Shown here piece by piece: positions 7,744 to 17,189 of a DNA stretch of 64,000 bases. The notes under the pieces are model-generated. The model was not told the DNA's origin. It made no database searches and saw only the letters and a list, made by a program, of their open reading frames with translations. The DNA lies in NCBI GenBank assembly GCA_038227875.1, contig JBBRPR010000037.1, forward strand, positions 1 through 64,000, written 5' to 3'. How positions within the stretch are numbered: the first letter of the stretch is position 1; the number at the start of each line of letters is the position of its first letter. Position numbers and translations under genes: made by a program. This DNA comes from Planctomycetota bacterium (GTDB lineage: Bacteria > Planctomycetota > SZUA-567 > H5-PLA8).

Positions 7744-10176
7744 ATGCCAGACTTCACCCTCTTTAAGTGTGATCCCGCGGCACTTATTCCCACACTTTCC
7801 GTGCGGTTGCGATTTGCGACCGATCGCTTCAACGCGAAGCAGTCGTGGACGCAGGCCGAATATGATGCGGCCAAGCGCGAGCTCGATGCGATCCACGCCG
7901 ACGCGGAGAAAATCGCCGCTGGCAAAAACATTCTCGCCACCGGCCGCGAAATGCTGATGGGTTATCACTCCGATCTCGACGACAGCAACCAGCCGTACAG
8001 CCTGTGGATTCCTGACAGCTACGACGGCACGCGCGCGCTGCCGCTGGTGGTGCTGCTGCACGGTCAAGGCATGTTCAACCCGCTGCAATGCCGCGCGCAA
8101 CCGATCGGCAACCGCATCGTCGTTGCCCCGCAAGGTCGCGGCGGGATGGATTACATGTACGTCGGCGAAGAGGATGTGCTGACGGTCCTCGACCAGGTCC
8201 AGAGCCTGCTGAACGTCGACGCGACGCGCGTTTACGCGGCGGGAATCTCGATGGGCGGCACCGGCGCGTGGCATCTGGCCTCGCGCTTTCCCGATCGCTT
8301 TGCGGCGATCATGCCGCTGTGCGGCAACACGGACATCAACGTCTGGGCCGACCTGTGGCATTGGCGCACGCCCGAGCAGTCGCCGATCGCCGGCGTGCGC
8401 CAGTTTCTGCGCGAAGACACGAGCTCAGTCACGTACGCGAAGAATCTGCAGCACGTCCGCGTCATCGCGTTGCAGGGCGAAGCAGACACCATCGTCAATC
8501 AGCGCCACGCCAAAAATATGCTCACCGCGCTGAAGGCCAGCGGACACGCGCAGCATGAAGTACACATTCTGCCGTACATGACGCACGGCATTTCGGCGAA
8601 TTTCGATCTCGGCCTGCGCGAAATTCAAGGCGAGAGCAAACCCACGCGTGTGCAGTACAAAACCGCATGGCTGCGCTATTCCGGCGCATACTGGATTCAC
8701 ATCACCGCGTTCGAACAGCGCCTGCGTCACGCGAGCGTCGACGCGAAGGCCGCGCCGGCACTACGGACCATTTCCATTTCGACCGAGAATGCGACGGAGC
8801 TGCGCATCGATCCGGCGCGGTTGCCGATTCAGGGTGTGCCGATCCAGATTGAGATCGACCGGCAAGTGCTCAAGCCGCCTTTCGCCACGGATGCCGCGGG
8901 CGCGTTTGCGTTCGGCCGTGACGAGAACGGTGCATGGACATCCGGCACGCGCGCACAGGAAACGGCGTATCCGCCCGCCAAGTGCACGCGCGTCGAAGGA
9001 CCGATAGAGCACGCGTTCATGACGCCGTTTGTGGTCGCGTCTGGTGAAGTGTCGAAAAACTCCAGCGCGCTGGCTGTCGCCGCCAACGCCGCCGCGGATC
9101 AGTTCGTCAACCATTGGCGCACACGCTACGCCGTGCCGTGCCGGAAGAAGAGCATCGCGGAACTGTCGTATGCGGATAACCGCGACTCGAATCTGATCCT
9201 CTTCGGTTCGCCGGAAACGCATCCGTACATTGCCAACACGATTGCATTGATCAAGCGCGCCGCCAGCCAATCGCCATTCGAATTCAACGGACAGTCCATC
9301 CGGATCGGCGACGAGAACTTCACCGGTCCCAATCTCGGCGCGATGCTCTGCTACCCCAATCCGCTCAACCCCAAGCGCTACATCGTACTGATCCCCGGGA
9401 CCACGCCGCAGAGCTACACCGACATCAACGTGCGCTTTGGCAACTGGTTCGACTGGGTACCGTTCGATTTCCGGAAGCACTTCGACTTCGCGGTCTTCGA
9501 TGACCTGACCAGTGGCCGCCATCCGGAAACGTTTCTTACGTGGGGATTTTTCAACGAGCAGTGGAAGCTGGCGCCTGCGCTGACGTTCTCTGCCGTCGAG
9601 TCCTTCCGCCGCGTGCTGGTGCCACGCGTTTTTCCGACGGTGCGCTTGAAGGAGCTCGCGCAGGACAATTCGCGCCCGGAGACGGTGTACCTCGACGCCG
9701 CGTTCACCGAGCAGGAAAGCATGACCAAGGAATACCTCGAGCGCAACCGGACGCTGGAGGGCTCCGCGCTCCAACTGCTCGGAAAGAATTACGAACGCGG
9801 CTTGTGCTGTCGTTTTCCCTGCGCGCTCACGTTTTCGTGCACCGGGTATCAGCGCTTGAAGCTGACCGCTGGAGTTTCCTGGGACGGCGTCACCGAACCG
9901 TGCGACGACCGGAAGCAATTCGAGAAGGTTTACGTCTCGGTGGTCGCCGACGGCAAGCCGCTCTTCGAAGCGCATCACCAGATGTACAACAGCGCGCCGC
10001 TGAGCATCGATGTGGATCTCGGCGGAGCGAAAAGCGTGACGCTTTCGGCCAACGGTGGACTGCCGTGGTTGAACGGGAGTTTCATTTTCGCCGACGCGCG
10101 TTTGGAAGGCGTGGCGAAAATTCAAAATTCAAAAGTAAAAATTCAAAAACGCACGCGGAAGAAAACGCGCAAGTAG
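7744..10176 (+). CDS. alpha/beta hydrolase (esterase/peptidase) with C-terminal NPCBM/NEW2-like module
   Basis: PLVVLLHG, GISMGG, GEADTIV, MTHG; C-terminal YERGL...VVADGKPLF...FIFADARL; start inferred. Confidence 0.8.
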   Translation: MPDFTLFKCDPAALIPTLSVRLRFATDRFNAKQSWTQAEYDAAKRELDAIHADAEKIAAGKNILATGREMLMGYHSDLDDSNQPYSLWIPDSYDGTRALPLVVLLHGQGMFNPLQCRAQPIGNRIVVAPQGRGGMDYMYVGEEDVLTVLDQVQSLLNVDATRVYAAGISMGGTGAWHLASRFPDRFAAIMPLCGNTDINVWADLWHWRTPEQSPIAGVRQFLREDTSSVTYAKNLQHVRVIALQGEADTIVNQRHAKNMLTALKASGHAQHEVHILPYMTHGISANFDLGLREIQGESKPTRVQYKTAWLRYSGAYWIHITAFEQRLRHASVDAKAAPALRTISISTENATELRIDPARLPIQGVPIQIEIDRQVLKPPFATDAAGAFAFGRDENGAWTSGTRAQETAYPPAKCTRVEGPIEHAFMTPFVVASGEVSKNSSALAVAANAAADQFVNHWRTRYAVPCRKKSIAELSYADNRDSNLILFGSPETHPYIANTIALIKRAASQSPFEFNGQSIRIGDENFTGPNLGAMLCYPNPLNPKRYIVLIPGTTPQSYTDINVRFGNWFDWVPFDFRKHFDFAVFDDLTSGRHPETFLTWGFFNEQWKLAPALTFSAVESFRRVLVPRVFPTVRLKELAQDNSRPETVYLDAAFTEQESMTKEYLERNRTLEGSALQLLGKNYERGLCCRFPCALTFSCTGYQRLKLTAGVSWDGVTEPCDDRKQFEKVYVSVVADGKPLFEAHHQMYNSAPLSIDVDLGGAKSVTLSANGGLPWLNGSFIFADARLEGVAKIQNSKVKIQKRTRKKTRK
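10117..10149. repeat. heptamer array (AAAATTC)n inside the CDS 3' end
   Basis: AAAATTC AAAATTC AAAAGTA AAAATTC. Confidence 0.8.
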
Positions 10177-10193
10177 CGGGAATGGACGTGTCT

Positions 10194-10350
10194 GTGTGTC
10201 AAGGAGCAAGCGGCAGTTTGCTTGTTCCTTGTTAAACGCGCGCGACTCGCGCGCAAGCAGGCTGACAGCTCTTCATTCAGAGCACCCGTAACTCGGATGG
10301 GATTACGCTGAGCAAGAAGCAAGCATACAGCCGCTTGCTCCTTGTCACAC
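10194..10350. repeat. long inverted repeat between convergent genes
   Basis: 10194-10233 pairs with 10311-10350 (40-bp arms, few mismatches). Confidence 0.8.
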
Positions 10351-10382
10351 AAGCGCGCTCGCCGCCTACGGCCGCTCTCTGC

Positions 10383-11144
10383 CTACTTTTCCTTCGCGAT
10401 GCCGAGCGCCTTCGCGTGAAACGCCAGCGCCTCGCGAATATGGATGTCCCAGTAATCCCAATCGTGAACGCCGGGGAATTCGGTGTAGGTGTGCGGGATC
10501 TTCAGGCTTTCGAGATGCGCGTGGAAATCGCGGTTGCCGGCGACCAGGAAATCGCCGACACCGCAATCGATCAGCATCTTCGGCAACTTCGTGCCATTAC
10601 GCTTGTGCTTCTCGGATTGAGCAAAGACGTCGCGAACGCTTCCCATCACCTGCTTCTTCGTGCCGAACACTTTCGCGAATTCCGGATCCTTGAGGAAATC
10701 GAAGAGCGGCTTGCCCCGCCAGAACGCGCCGGAATGGCTGTTGGCGCTGACGAACATCTCCGGTCGCAGCAGCGCCAGGCTGATCGCGCCGTATCCGCCC
10801 ATGGACAAGCCGCCGATGCAACGCCCCGCCCGCGTGCGGAGCACGGGGAAAGTGCGCTCCACGAAGCCGACGACGTCATTGAGCATATACGTTGCGAACT
10901 TCGGGCCGTCAACGTGATCGCAGTAAAATCCGCGGAAGCCGTCGGGCATCACGACGACCAGCGGCAGGTCGCCGAGATAATTTTCCAATCGCGTCCAGCG
11001 TTGCCACGCCGTGTAGTCGTCGCTCAAGCCGTGCAGAAGGTAGAAGACCGGAAACGGGCCGTTGCCTTTGTTGGGCGTGAACACATTCATCTGCACTTGC
11101 TTGCGCAGCGTATCGCTGAAAAACGTCGCGTGAAGGACGGCCAT
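10383..11144 (-). CDS. esterase family protein (FrmB / tributyrin-esterase-like)
   Basis: FFSDTL, PVFYLLHGLSDD, GLSMGGYGA, IDCGVGD, PGVHDWDYW. Confidence 0.9.
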   Translation of the reverse strand: MAVLHATFFSDTLRKQVQMNVFTPNKGNGPFPVFYLLHGLSDDYTAWQRWTRLENYLGDLPLVVVMPDGFRGFYCDHVDGPKFATYMLNDVVGFVERTFPVLRTRAGRCIGGLSMGGYGAISLALLRPEMFVSANSHSGAFWRGKPLFDFLKDPEFAKVFGTKKQVMGSVRDVFAQSEKHKRNGTKLPKMLIDCGVGDFLVAGNRDFHAHLESLKIPHTYTEFPGVHDWDYWDIHIREALAFHAKALGIAKEK

Positions 11145-11222
11145 GAATCTTTCCCCTGAAGGGTTGATGGAAATCAGGGAGTTTTCATAGCGGAATGCGC
11201 GACGCGATTCAATGCGCTGTTT

Positions 11223-11245
11223 GTAGTCCGGGCGGCTCGCCCGGA
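11223..11245 (+). repeat. GTAG-headed REP-like hairpin
   Basis: GTAGTCCGGGCGGCTCGCCCGGA. Confidence 0.65.
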
Positions 11246-11254
11246 GTACGAAGA

Positions 11255-12763
11255 TTACACCCCCGCCGCGACGGGCATGGCCAGCCCCCTGCTCTGCTGG
11301 GGCGATGCCAGCAGGCTCTGGCGGAATTTCAGGTGCCGCTGGCGCGTGATTTCCACGAGCGGGTTCCACGCGGCGTGAGTCAACCCGTACTTGATCAGCA
11401 CCGGCCAGAAGAGATTCGCGCGCTTGTAGAGCAGACTCATGGCAATGAACGGGAGTATCTCCGATCGCCGCTCCGGCCGCCGACGCCAGATCGAACCGAG
11501 CGTGAACAAGCGTTCGTAGAGCCAGTGGTAGCCGGCTTCGAGCTCCGCTTCCGACATGTTCTTCGGCCGGAAAACCACGTGAGCGGTATCGAACAGGTCC
11601 CAGTTTTTGTGCAGCAGCCGTCCTTCCTTCTCCATTTGCCGGAAGAGCGGCGTGCCAGGGTACGGCGTGAGAATGTGGAATGTCGCGCACTCCAGCTTGT
11701 TCCGCTCGATCCAATCGGCGGTCCGTGCAAAGACGTCCGGGCGGTCGTGGTCGAAACCAAGGACGAAGCTGCCGTTCACCTGGATGCCGTAGCGATGGAA
11801 GATGGCGACGCGGCGCGCGTAGTCTTCCGGCCGCGGCGTTTTCTTGTGAGCGTCGTCGAGGTTCTCGCCGGTCAGCGATTCAAAGCCGACGAACACGCCC
11901 GTACAGCCGGCCAGAGCCATCTCGCGGACCAGCGATTCGTCGTCGGTGACGTCGATGGTGACCGCGGCGCTCCAGATTTTCTCCAGCGGCCGCAGTTCAC
12001 GGCAGAGCGCGCGCAGGTAATCTGGCTTGGAGCCGAGGTTGTTGTCGATGAAGACGCCGTACGGTTCGCCATTTCCGGCAAACTCCGCGGCGACCTGCAA
12101 CGTCTCGCGCATCTGGTAAGGGATGCTGAGGTTCCGCGTCGACAGGTAGCAGAAATCGCAGCGGTTGTGGCAGCCGCGCGTGGCGATCATGCTCGTCGTG
12201 GTCAGGAAATCGTCGCGCGGCAGAATGTCACGGCGCGGCGTTGGGTCTTCGCGGTAAGGCTTCAGGTAACTTCCGGCGTAGCGCTTCTGCAGACAATCGT
12301 GCTCGATGTCGTGCAGGATCTGCGGCCAGAGCTGCACGCCCTCCCCCAGCGCGAGCGCATCGGCGTGCGGCGCGGCCTCCTCGGGGCAACTTAAAACATG
12401 CAGCCCGCCAAGCACGACCTTGGCGCCCCGGCGGCGGTACCAGTCGGCCAGTTCGTACGCGCGGCGTGCGAACGTGAGATGGACGGAGATTCCCACCACC
12501 GCCGGAAACGGATCATACGGCGGCGGTCCCTTGAGCAGATTTTCGTCCCAGTAGCGCACGGTCCAGTGCTCCGGCGTCGCACCGGCGATCGACGTCAGCG
12601 CCAGCGACGGCGTCAGCACGTGCTTGCCGAAGCTGGCGTACGGGTCCTTGCGGTAGAACGGATTGATCAGCAACGCCGAACGCGGCTCGGGCGGTGCGGG
12701 CACGACGTACGGATTGAGCAACGGCGCTTCGCGCATGGCGCGCGGCAGATAAGGCTTGAACAT
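11255..12763 (-). CDS. B12-binding-domain radical SAM protein
   Basis: VVLGGLH, LGEG, TRGCHNRCDFC (CxxxCxxC), FIDNN, VGFES, LTPYPGT. Confidence 0.93.
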   Translation of the reverse strand: MFKPYLPRAMREAPLLNPYVVPAPPEPRSALLINPFYRKDPYASFGKHVLTPSLALTSIAGATPEHWTVRYWDENLLKGPPPYDPFPAVVGISVHLTFARRAYELADWYRRRGAKVVLGGLHVLSCPEEAAPHADALALGEGVQLWPQILHDIEHDCLQKRYAGSYLKPYREDPTPRRDILPRDDFLTTTSMIATRGCHNRCDFCYLSTRNLSIPYQMRETLQVAAEFAGNGEPYGVFIDNNLGSKPDYLRALCRELRPLEKIWSAAVTIDVTDDESLVREMALAGCTGVFVGFESLTGENLDDAHKKTPRPEDYARRVAIFHRYGIQVNGSFVLGFDHDRPDVFARTADWIERNKLECATFHILTPYPGTPLFRQMEKEGRLLHKNWDLFDTAHVVFRPKNMSEAELEAGYHWLYERLFTLGSIWRRRPERRSEILPFIAMSLLYKRANLFWPVLIKYGLTHAAWNPLVEITRQRHLKFRQSLLASPQQSRGLAMPVAAGV

Positions 12764-12793
12764 TTGACTTCCCCCTCCTCTTCATTCCGTTTA

Positions 12794-12875
12794 CTTTGAA
12801 GTACAAAGCCTAGACTTTGCGCCACAAAGTAAACGAGGATAGAACGATTGCAAGAGAAAACTTTGAATTTCAAAG
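12794..12875. promoter_or_regulatory. three palindromic operator-like boxes CTTTG-N5-CAAAG
   Basis: 12794-12808, 12815-12829 and 12861-12875 in the divergent intergenic region. Confidence 0.7.
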
Positions 12876-12932
12876 CTTTAATCGCGGATCGGGTATTTGC
12901 ATTTCCGTCACGCCCGATAATAACGACGGCTC

Positions 12933-14039
12933 ATGAATTCCGAACCGCTCCCCACCCTGCTCCCGCCGCCGCTCGAACTCCCGGCCGTGTTGATCAAGCA
13001 CCGACCGGAGGACTTCGTCGTCGAGGAACTCGCGCTGTACGAGCCCTGCGGCACGGGCACTCACACGTACCTCTGGATCGAAAAGCGCGGGATGAACACA
13101 CACGATGCCGTGCGCCGCTTGGCGGGCATAATTGGCAAACGCCCCGCGGATGCTGGAATTGGCGGCTTGAAGGACTCCACTGCGGTGACGCGGCAGTGGA
13201 TCAGCTTCGAACACGTGAAGGACAATCGCGACGCGCTGGCGGCGTACGCCACGCCGGAGCTCAAAGTTCTCGCGGTGAGCGCGCACGGCAACAAGCTCAA
13301 GATGGGCCACCTGCGCGGGAATCGCTTCACGATCACGCTGCGACTGGTGGAAGACTCCGCCGCCGCGCGCGAAAAAATCCGCCAGCGCGCGCAGTTCGCG
13401 TGCGGTGAACTGGCGAAGCTGGGCGTGCCGAATTACTACGGCCCGCAACGCTTCGGCCGGGGCGGCGCCAACGTGGCACTGGGCAAGCTGCTGGTTCAAG
13501 GCGACCGCGACGGTTTTGCTCGCGCGTGCGTCGAACACTTCGGCAACCGGCCGCCGGACCGGAAGCTCCGCAACTTGATCGTCAACGCGTTTCAGTCGGA
13601 CCTGTTCAACCGCGTGTTGGCGCGGCGCATGCCCGAGCTTTCACGCCTGCTGCCCGGCGATCTAGCATGCCTCCACCGCAACGGCGCGGTCTTCGCGGTG
13701 AATTCCGCCGAAGACGCTGCCCGCGAGCAGCCCCGCGCCGACGCGCTGGAGATCAGCCCAAGCGGCCCGCTCTTCGGTCCACAGATGCCCAACCCCGAAG
13801 GCCGTCCGCGCGAGATCGAAGCCGAAGTCCTCGCCGCATCCGGTGTCCGTGCCGAAGACTTCGGCCGCCGCGAAGCCGAAAGCCAGCCCGGCGCGCGGAG
13901 AAGCCTGCGCACGACGCTACTCGAAGCGCCGCGGGTCGAGGATGCGCCGGACGGCGTGGTGCTCCGGTTTGCGTTGCCGTCGGGGGCGTATGCGAGCGTG
14001 GTGATCGGGGAGATCTTGGGAGGTAGTTTTGAGTTGTGA
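12933..14039 (+). CDS. truD: tRNA pseudouridine(13) synthase
   Basis: PEDFVVEE, GLKDSTAVTRQW, GHLRGNRF, PNYYGPQRFG, FALPSGAYAS. Confidence 0.95.
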   Translation: MNSEPLPTLLPPPLELPAVLIKHRPEDFVVEELALYEPCGTGTHTYLWIEKRGMNTHDAVRRLAGIIGKRPADAGIGGLKDSTAVTRQWISFEHVKDNRDALAAYATPELKVLAVSAHGNKLKMGHLRGNRFTITLRLVEDSAAAREKIRQRAQFACGELAKLGVPNYYGPQRFGRGGANVALGKLLVQGDRDGFARACVEHFGNRPPDRKLRNLIVNAFQSDLFNRVLARRMPELSRLLPGDLACLHRNGAVFAVNSAEDAAREQPRADALEISPSGPLFGPQMPNPEGRPREIEAEVLAASGVRAEDFGRREAESQPGARRSLRTTLLEAPRVEDAPDGVVLRFALPSGAYASVVIGEILGGSFEL

Positions 14040-14118
14040 GTTTTGAGTTGAGTTGCACTTTTCAGACAATTAAAAAACCTTGGGCATTGCCCAAGGCTTC
14101 AATTCAAAACTTAGAACT
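14024..14118. repeat. inverted pair of (AGTTTTG)n heptamer arrays enclosing a terminator
   Basis: TAGTTTTGAGTTGTGAGTTTTGAGTTG ... CAATTCAAAACTTAGAACT. Confidence 0.7.
14072..14098 (-). terminator. intrinsic terminator
   Basis: Minus strand CCTTGGGCAATGCCCAAGG followed by TTTTTT. Confidence 0.75.
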
Positions 14119-14126
14119 GTCGTACA

Positions 14127-14633
14127 TCATCCGCTCTTGCGCTTATTCAAATAGCATGTGCGGCAATACACGGGCCGGTTCGGGTCGGGCTTGAAGGGGA
14201 CGGTCGTTTCGACGCCGCAGCCGGAGCACTGAACTTTGAACTGCGAATGACCGGTGGGGCCGGATTGGCCGCCGGAGCCTGTGGGATGAAGTTCGTTGCC
14301 GTGTTCGGGTGCGTCGCGCCGCGATCCGCCGCCGTGGCCGCCTGGATTGCCGTGGCCGGCATGGCTTCCGCCGCCACCACCACCGCCTTGCCAGCGGTTT
14401 CCGCCACCACCACCACCGCCGCCGCTTCCGCCACCGCCTCCACCAAAGCCGCCGCCGCCACCACTTCCGCCGCCACCGCCGGACGCTTTCCGCTTATCGC
14501 GGCACGTCTTGCAGCGGCGCGGGGCTTGGTAGCCGCGCTCCTGGTAAAATTGCTGGTCTCGAGCGGAGAACGTGAACTGCGCGCCGCAATCGACACACGT
14601 CAGTGTCTGATCGCCTTGAGTTGAGTCCGGCAT
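14127..14633 (-). CDS. zinc-ribbon protein: zf-trcl-like N domain, Gly-rich linker, CxxC-x17-CxxC domain
   Basis: LTCVDCGAQFTFS...PRRCKTCR; CSGCGVETTVPFKPDPNRPVYCRTCY. Confidence 0.9.
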   Translation of the reverse strand: MPDSTQGDQTLTCVDCGAQFTFSARDQQFYQERGYQAPRRCKTCRDKRKASGGGGGSGGGGGFGGGGGGSGGGGGGGGNRWQGGGGGGGSHAGHGNPGGHGGGSRRDAPEHGNELHPTGSGGQSGPTGHSQFKVQCSGCGVETTVPFKPDPNRPVYCRTCYLNKRKSG

Positions 14634-14736
14634 AAAAGCACCTCCGGAATATCCTGATACCCTAAACTCTACCCTTTATTCCAAGCGAAAACCACACTTT
14701 CCGAAGACCAATTTTGGTTTTTGAACGCAAAAAACT

Positions 14737-16620
14737 TCATTGCGGGGCTTCAACGCCCGTCGTATCGGTGTTCACAGTTGCATTTTCATCAGGTTGTTCA
14801 GTGTGCTTCTCGCCAGCGCCCTTCTCGTTGGTGCGGCCTTCCTTGGCGTCCTTATTGATCTTATAGCACGCGTCGCAATAAACCGGGCGGCCGGGATCGG
14901 GCTTAAAATTGACCAGCGATTGCACGCCGCATTGCGAACAGGTAATGCTCACATTTTTCTCACGGCGTCCACGCCCGCGGCTCCGACTGCGCTTGCGGCG
15001 CCCGCCTTCGCCACCTTCTCCGTTGGCACCGTCGCCGGAGACTCCGTCCACGGCACCTTCCGGAGCTTCGACGTTGACTTCGATCACTTCACCGGCTTCG
15101 CCCACTTCGCCCGGCGCAACACTGCCCTCAGCACTGGGGGCACTCGCGGCGCGCGGCGATTCCGAACGCCGGCTCCGTCCACCACCACTGCCACCGCTGC
15201 CGCCTTCGTCGCGTCGTCCGCGCCGTCGGCCCTTTTTCTTGTCGCCACCGCCACCACCTCCGCCACCGCCGCCGGGCGCTTCCAGTTGATTGGAGGCGTC
15301 GCTGACGTCGTCGGGTTCCCAATCGGTTTCCGGTGCGCTGGGCGGGATCGGCCACCACTTGCTCTTCAGATCATCGAAGTGCATGCGGTTGATTTCCTTG
15401 TTGATCAGCAGCTCGATTTCCGTGAGGTACTCGCCCTCTTCGCGGCTGACCAGCGTGTACGCCTTGCCCGATCGCCCGATGCGGCCCGTGCGGCCGATGC
15501 GGTGAACGTAATCTTCGATCTTGTACGGGATGTCGTAATTGATGATGTGCGTGATGTTGTCGACATCGATGCCGCGGCTGGCGACGTCGGTGGCGATCAA
15601 CAGCTTGACCTTGCCCTTGCGGAAGTTGCCCATGATCTTTTCGCGGCGGCTCTGATGCAGGTCGCCATGAATTTCACGCGCGCTGATGTACAGCCGGTTG
15701 AGCCGCTCGGCCAGCCGTTTGGCGCCCATCTTCGTGCCGCAGAAGATGATCGCCAGCTGCGGGTTCTCGGTCTCCAGCAGTTTCAGCAGCACCGGCATCT
15801 TTTCGCGCGAATCGCAGACGAAGTAATGCTGCTCGACGGTATCCACCGTCATCTTTTCGGCGGCGGTCCACACTTCCAGCGGGTCGTACATGAAACGCTT
15901 GGCCAGCTTCAAAATGTCATCGGGAATCGTCGCCGACAGCAGCAGTGTCTGGCGCTGCGCCGGGCAATGCTTCAGGATGAATTCGATATCCTTGCGGAAG
16001 CCCAGGTCGAGCATGCGGTCGGCTTCGTCCAGCACCGCGACCTTGATGCCGGAAAGATCCAGCCGTCCGGACCCCATGTGGTCCATGATGCGTCCGGGCG
16101 TGCCGACGATGATGTCGACGCCGGCCGCGAGCGCTTCGATCTGCGGCTCATACGACGAGCCACCGTAGATCGTCACGGAGGTAAAGCCCAGCGTCCGGCC
16201 CAGGCGGCCGATTTCGCCTTCGATCTGCATCGCCAGTTCGCGCGTCGGCGCGAGGATCAGCGCCTGCGTTTTGGCTTCACCGGGCTTGATCCGTTCGAAA
16301 ATTGGAATCAGAAACGCGCCCGTTTTGCCCGTGCCGGTTTTCGCCTGGCCCATCACATCCCGGCCGGACATCGCCAGCGGTATGAACTGCGCTTGAATCG
16401 GCGTGGGTTTGGTGAATCCGGCGGCGGCTAGACTGGTGAGGACGGGTTGCGATAGTTTCAATTCGTCGAAGGTGGTGATCGCCGGTATGGCCGGCGCGTC
16501 GGGATCGGACAAATCGACCTCGGGTAACTGGGGCGATTCGTCCGGCGTACGCTCCTCAACGGGGTTGGTATCTGAGTCGGTTGAGGAGTCGGAGGGAGTA
16601 GGTAATGCGGGGTCTGCCAT
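14737..16620 (-). CDS. DEAD-box RNA helicase with C-terminal CxxC-x17-CxxC domain
   Basis: PTPIQ, AKTGTGKT, PTRELA, TPGR, DEAD, SAT, HRIGRTGR; CSQCG...FKPDPGRPVYCDAC. Confidence 0.95.
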   Translation of the reverse strand: MADPALPTPSDSSTDSDTNPVEERTPDESPQLPEVDLSDPDAPAIPAITTFDELKLSQPVLTSLAAAGFTKPTPIQAQFIPLAMSGRDVMGQAKTGTGKTGAFLIPIFERIKPGEAKTQALILAPTRELAMQIEGEIGRLGRTLGFTSVTIYGGSSYEPQIEALAAGVDIIVGTPGRIMDHMGSGRLDLSGIKVAVLDEADRMLDLGFRKDIEFILKHCPAQRQTLLLSATIPDDILKLAKRFMYDPLEVWTAAEKMTVDTVEQHYFVCDSREKMPVLLKLLETENPQLAIIFCGTKMGAKRLAERLNRLYISAREIHGDLHQSRREKIMGNFRKGKVKLLIATDVASRGIDVDNITHIINYDIPYKIEDYVHRIGRTGRIGRSGKAYTLVSREEGEYLTEIELLINKEINRMHFDDLKSKWWPIPPSAPETDWEPDDVSDASNQLEAPGGGGGGGGGGDKKKGRRRGRRDEGGSGGSGGGRSRRSESPRAASAPSAEGSVAPGEVGEAGEVIEVNVEAPEGAVDGVSGDGANGEGGEGGRRKRSRSRGRGRREKNVSITCSQCGVQSLVNFKPDPGRPVYCDACYKINKDAKEGRTNEKGAGEKHTEQPDENATVNTDTTGVEAPQ

Positions 16621-16630
16621 GGATTGGATA

Positions 16631-17092
16631 CTACGCGCCTTTCTGTTTCAGCAACTTCGCGAGCAGGCGAAGCATGTCGGATTCTGTGATGATCCCCACC
16701 ACCTTCTTACTGGTGGGATCCACGACCGGGAGACACCCGATCTTTCGTTCGCTCATGATCACCGCGGCATTCGCCAGCGGCATCTCCGGCGTGGCGGTCA
16801 TAACGTTCTTGACCATCGCCGTACGAATCTTGGTGAGTGCGGGCAGGAAATAGCCCTTGGGAGCATGACTGGGGCCCTGTTCGATCTCTTCCATCGACAA
16901 CCGCAGATCGCGGTCGGAGATCAGCCCGCACATGTGTCCGTCTTCTTCGACCACGGGAAGATGGCGGATGCGCTGAGTGCGCATAATTGTCATCGCGCGG
17001 TCAAGTCCCGCGTCGGCGGCAATCGTGAACACCGGGGTGCGCATCGTATCTTTAACTAAGGGATCTTTACCGACCACGTCGCGCGTCCTCAA
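16631..17092 (-). CDS. CBS-pair protein (AcuB-like)
   Basis: IRHLPVV...GLISDRDL; IGCLPVV...GIITESDML; start uncertain. Confidence 0.88.
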   Translation of the reverse strand: MRTRDVVGKDPLVKDTMRTPVFTIAADAGLDRAMTIMRTQRIRHLPVVEEDGHMCGLISDRDLRLSMEEIEQGPSHAPKGYFLPALTKIRTAMVKNVMTATPEMPLANAAVIMSERKIGCLPVVDPTSKKVVGIITESDMLRLLAKLLKQKGA

Positions 17093-17189
17093 TGATGTTT
17101 TAGAGTGTACCCTAATTTCCCTCAGAGTATAGCCCTAACTTGGGCGCGCTGCCAGTGCCGGAGTGGAGGGTTGGGACGGGTCTGGAAAA

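Noticed and set aside
10383..11144. Formaldehyde pathway link between this esterase and fdhA
   Set aside because: They are 31 kb apart, FdhA is glutathione-independent, and the esterase substrate is unknown
11145..11714. N-terminal extension of the esterase ORF
   Set aside because: It overlaps the radical SAM gene and a REP; homology and the SD start at 11144
14320..14485. GCC/ACC-rich repeats
   Set aside because: They are poly-Gly codons of the zinc-ribbon protein linker
14740..16431. Long antisense ORFs (also 8761-10125, 33877-35487, 37360-39075, 42241-43482, 54365-55876)
   Set aside because: Shadow frames of well-supported genes in GC-rich DNA, with no motifs
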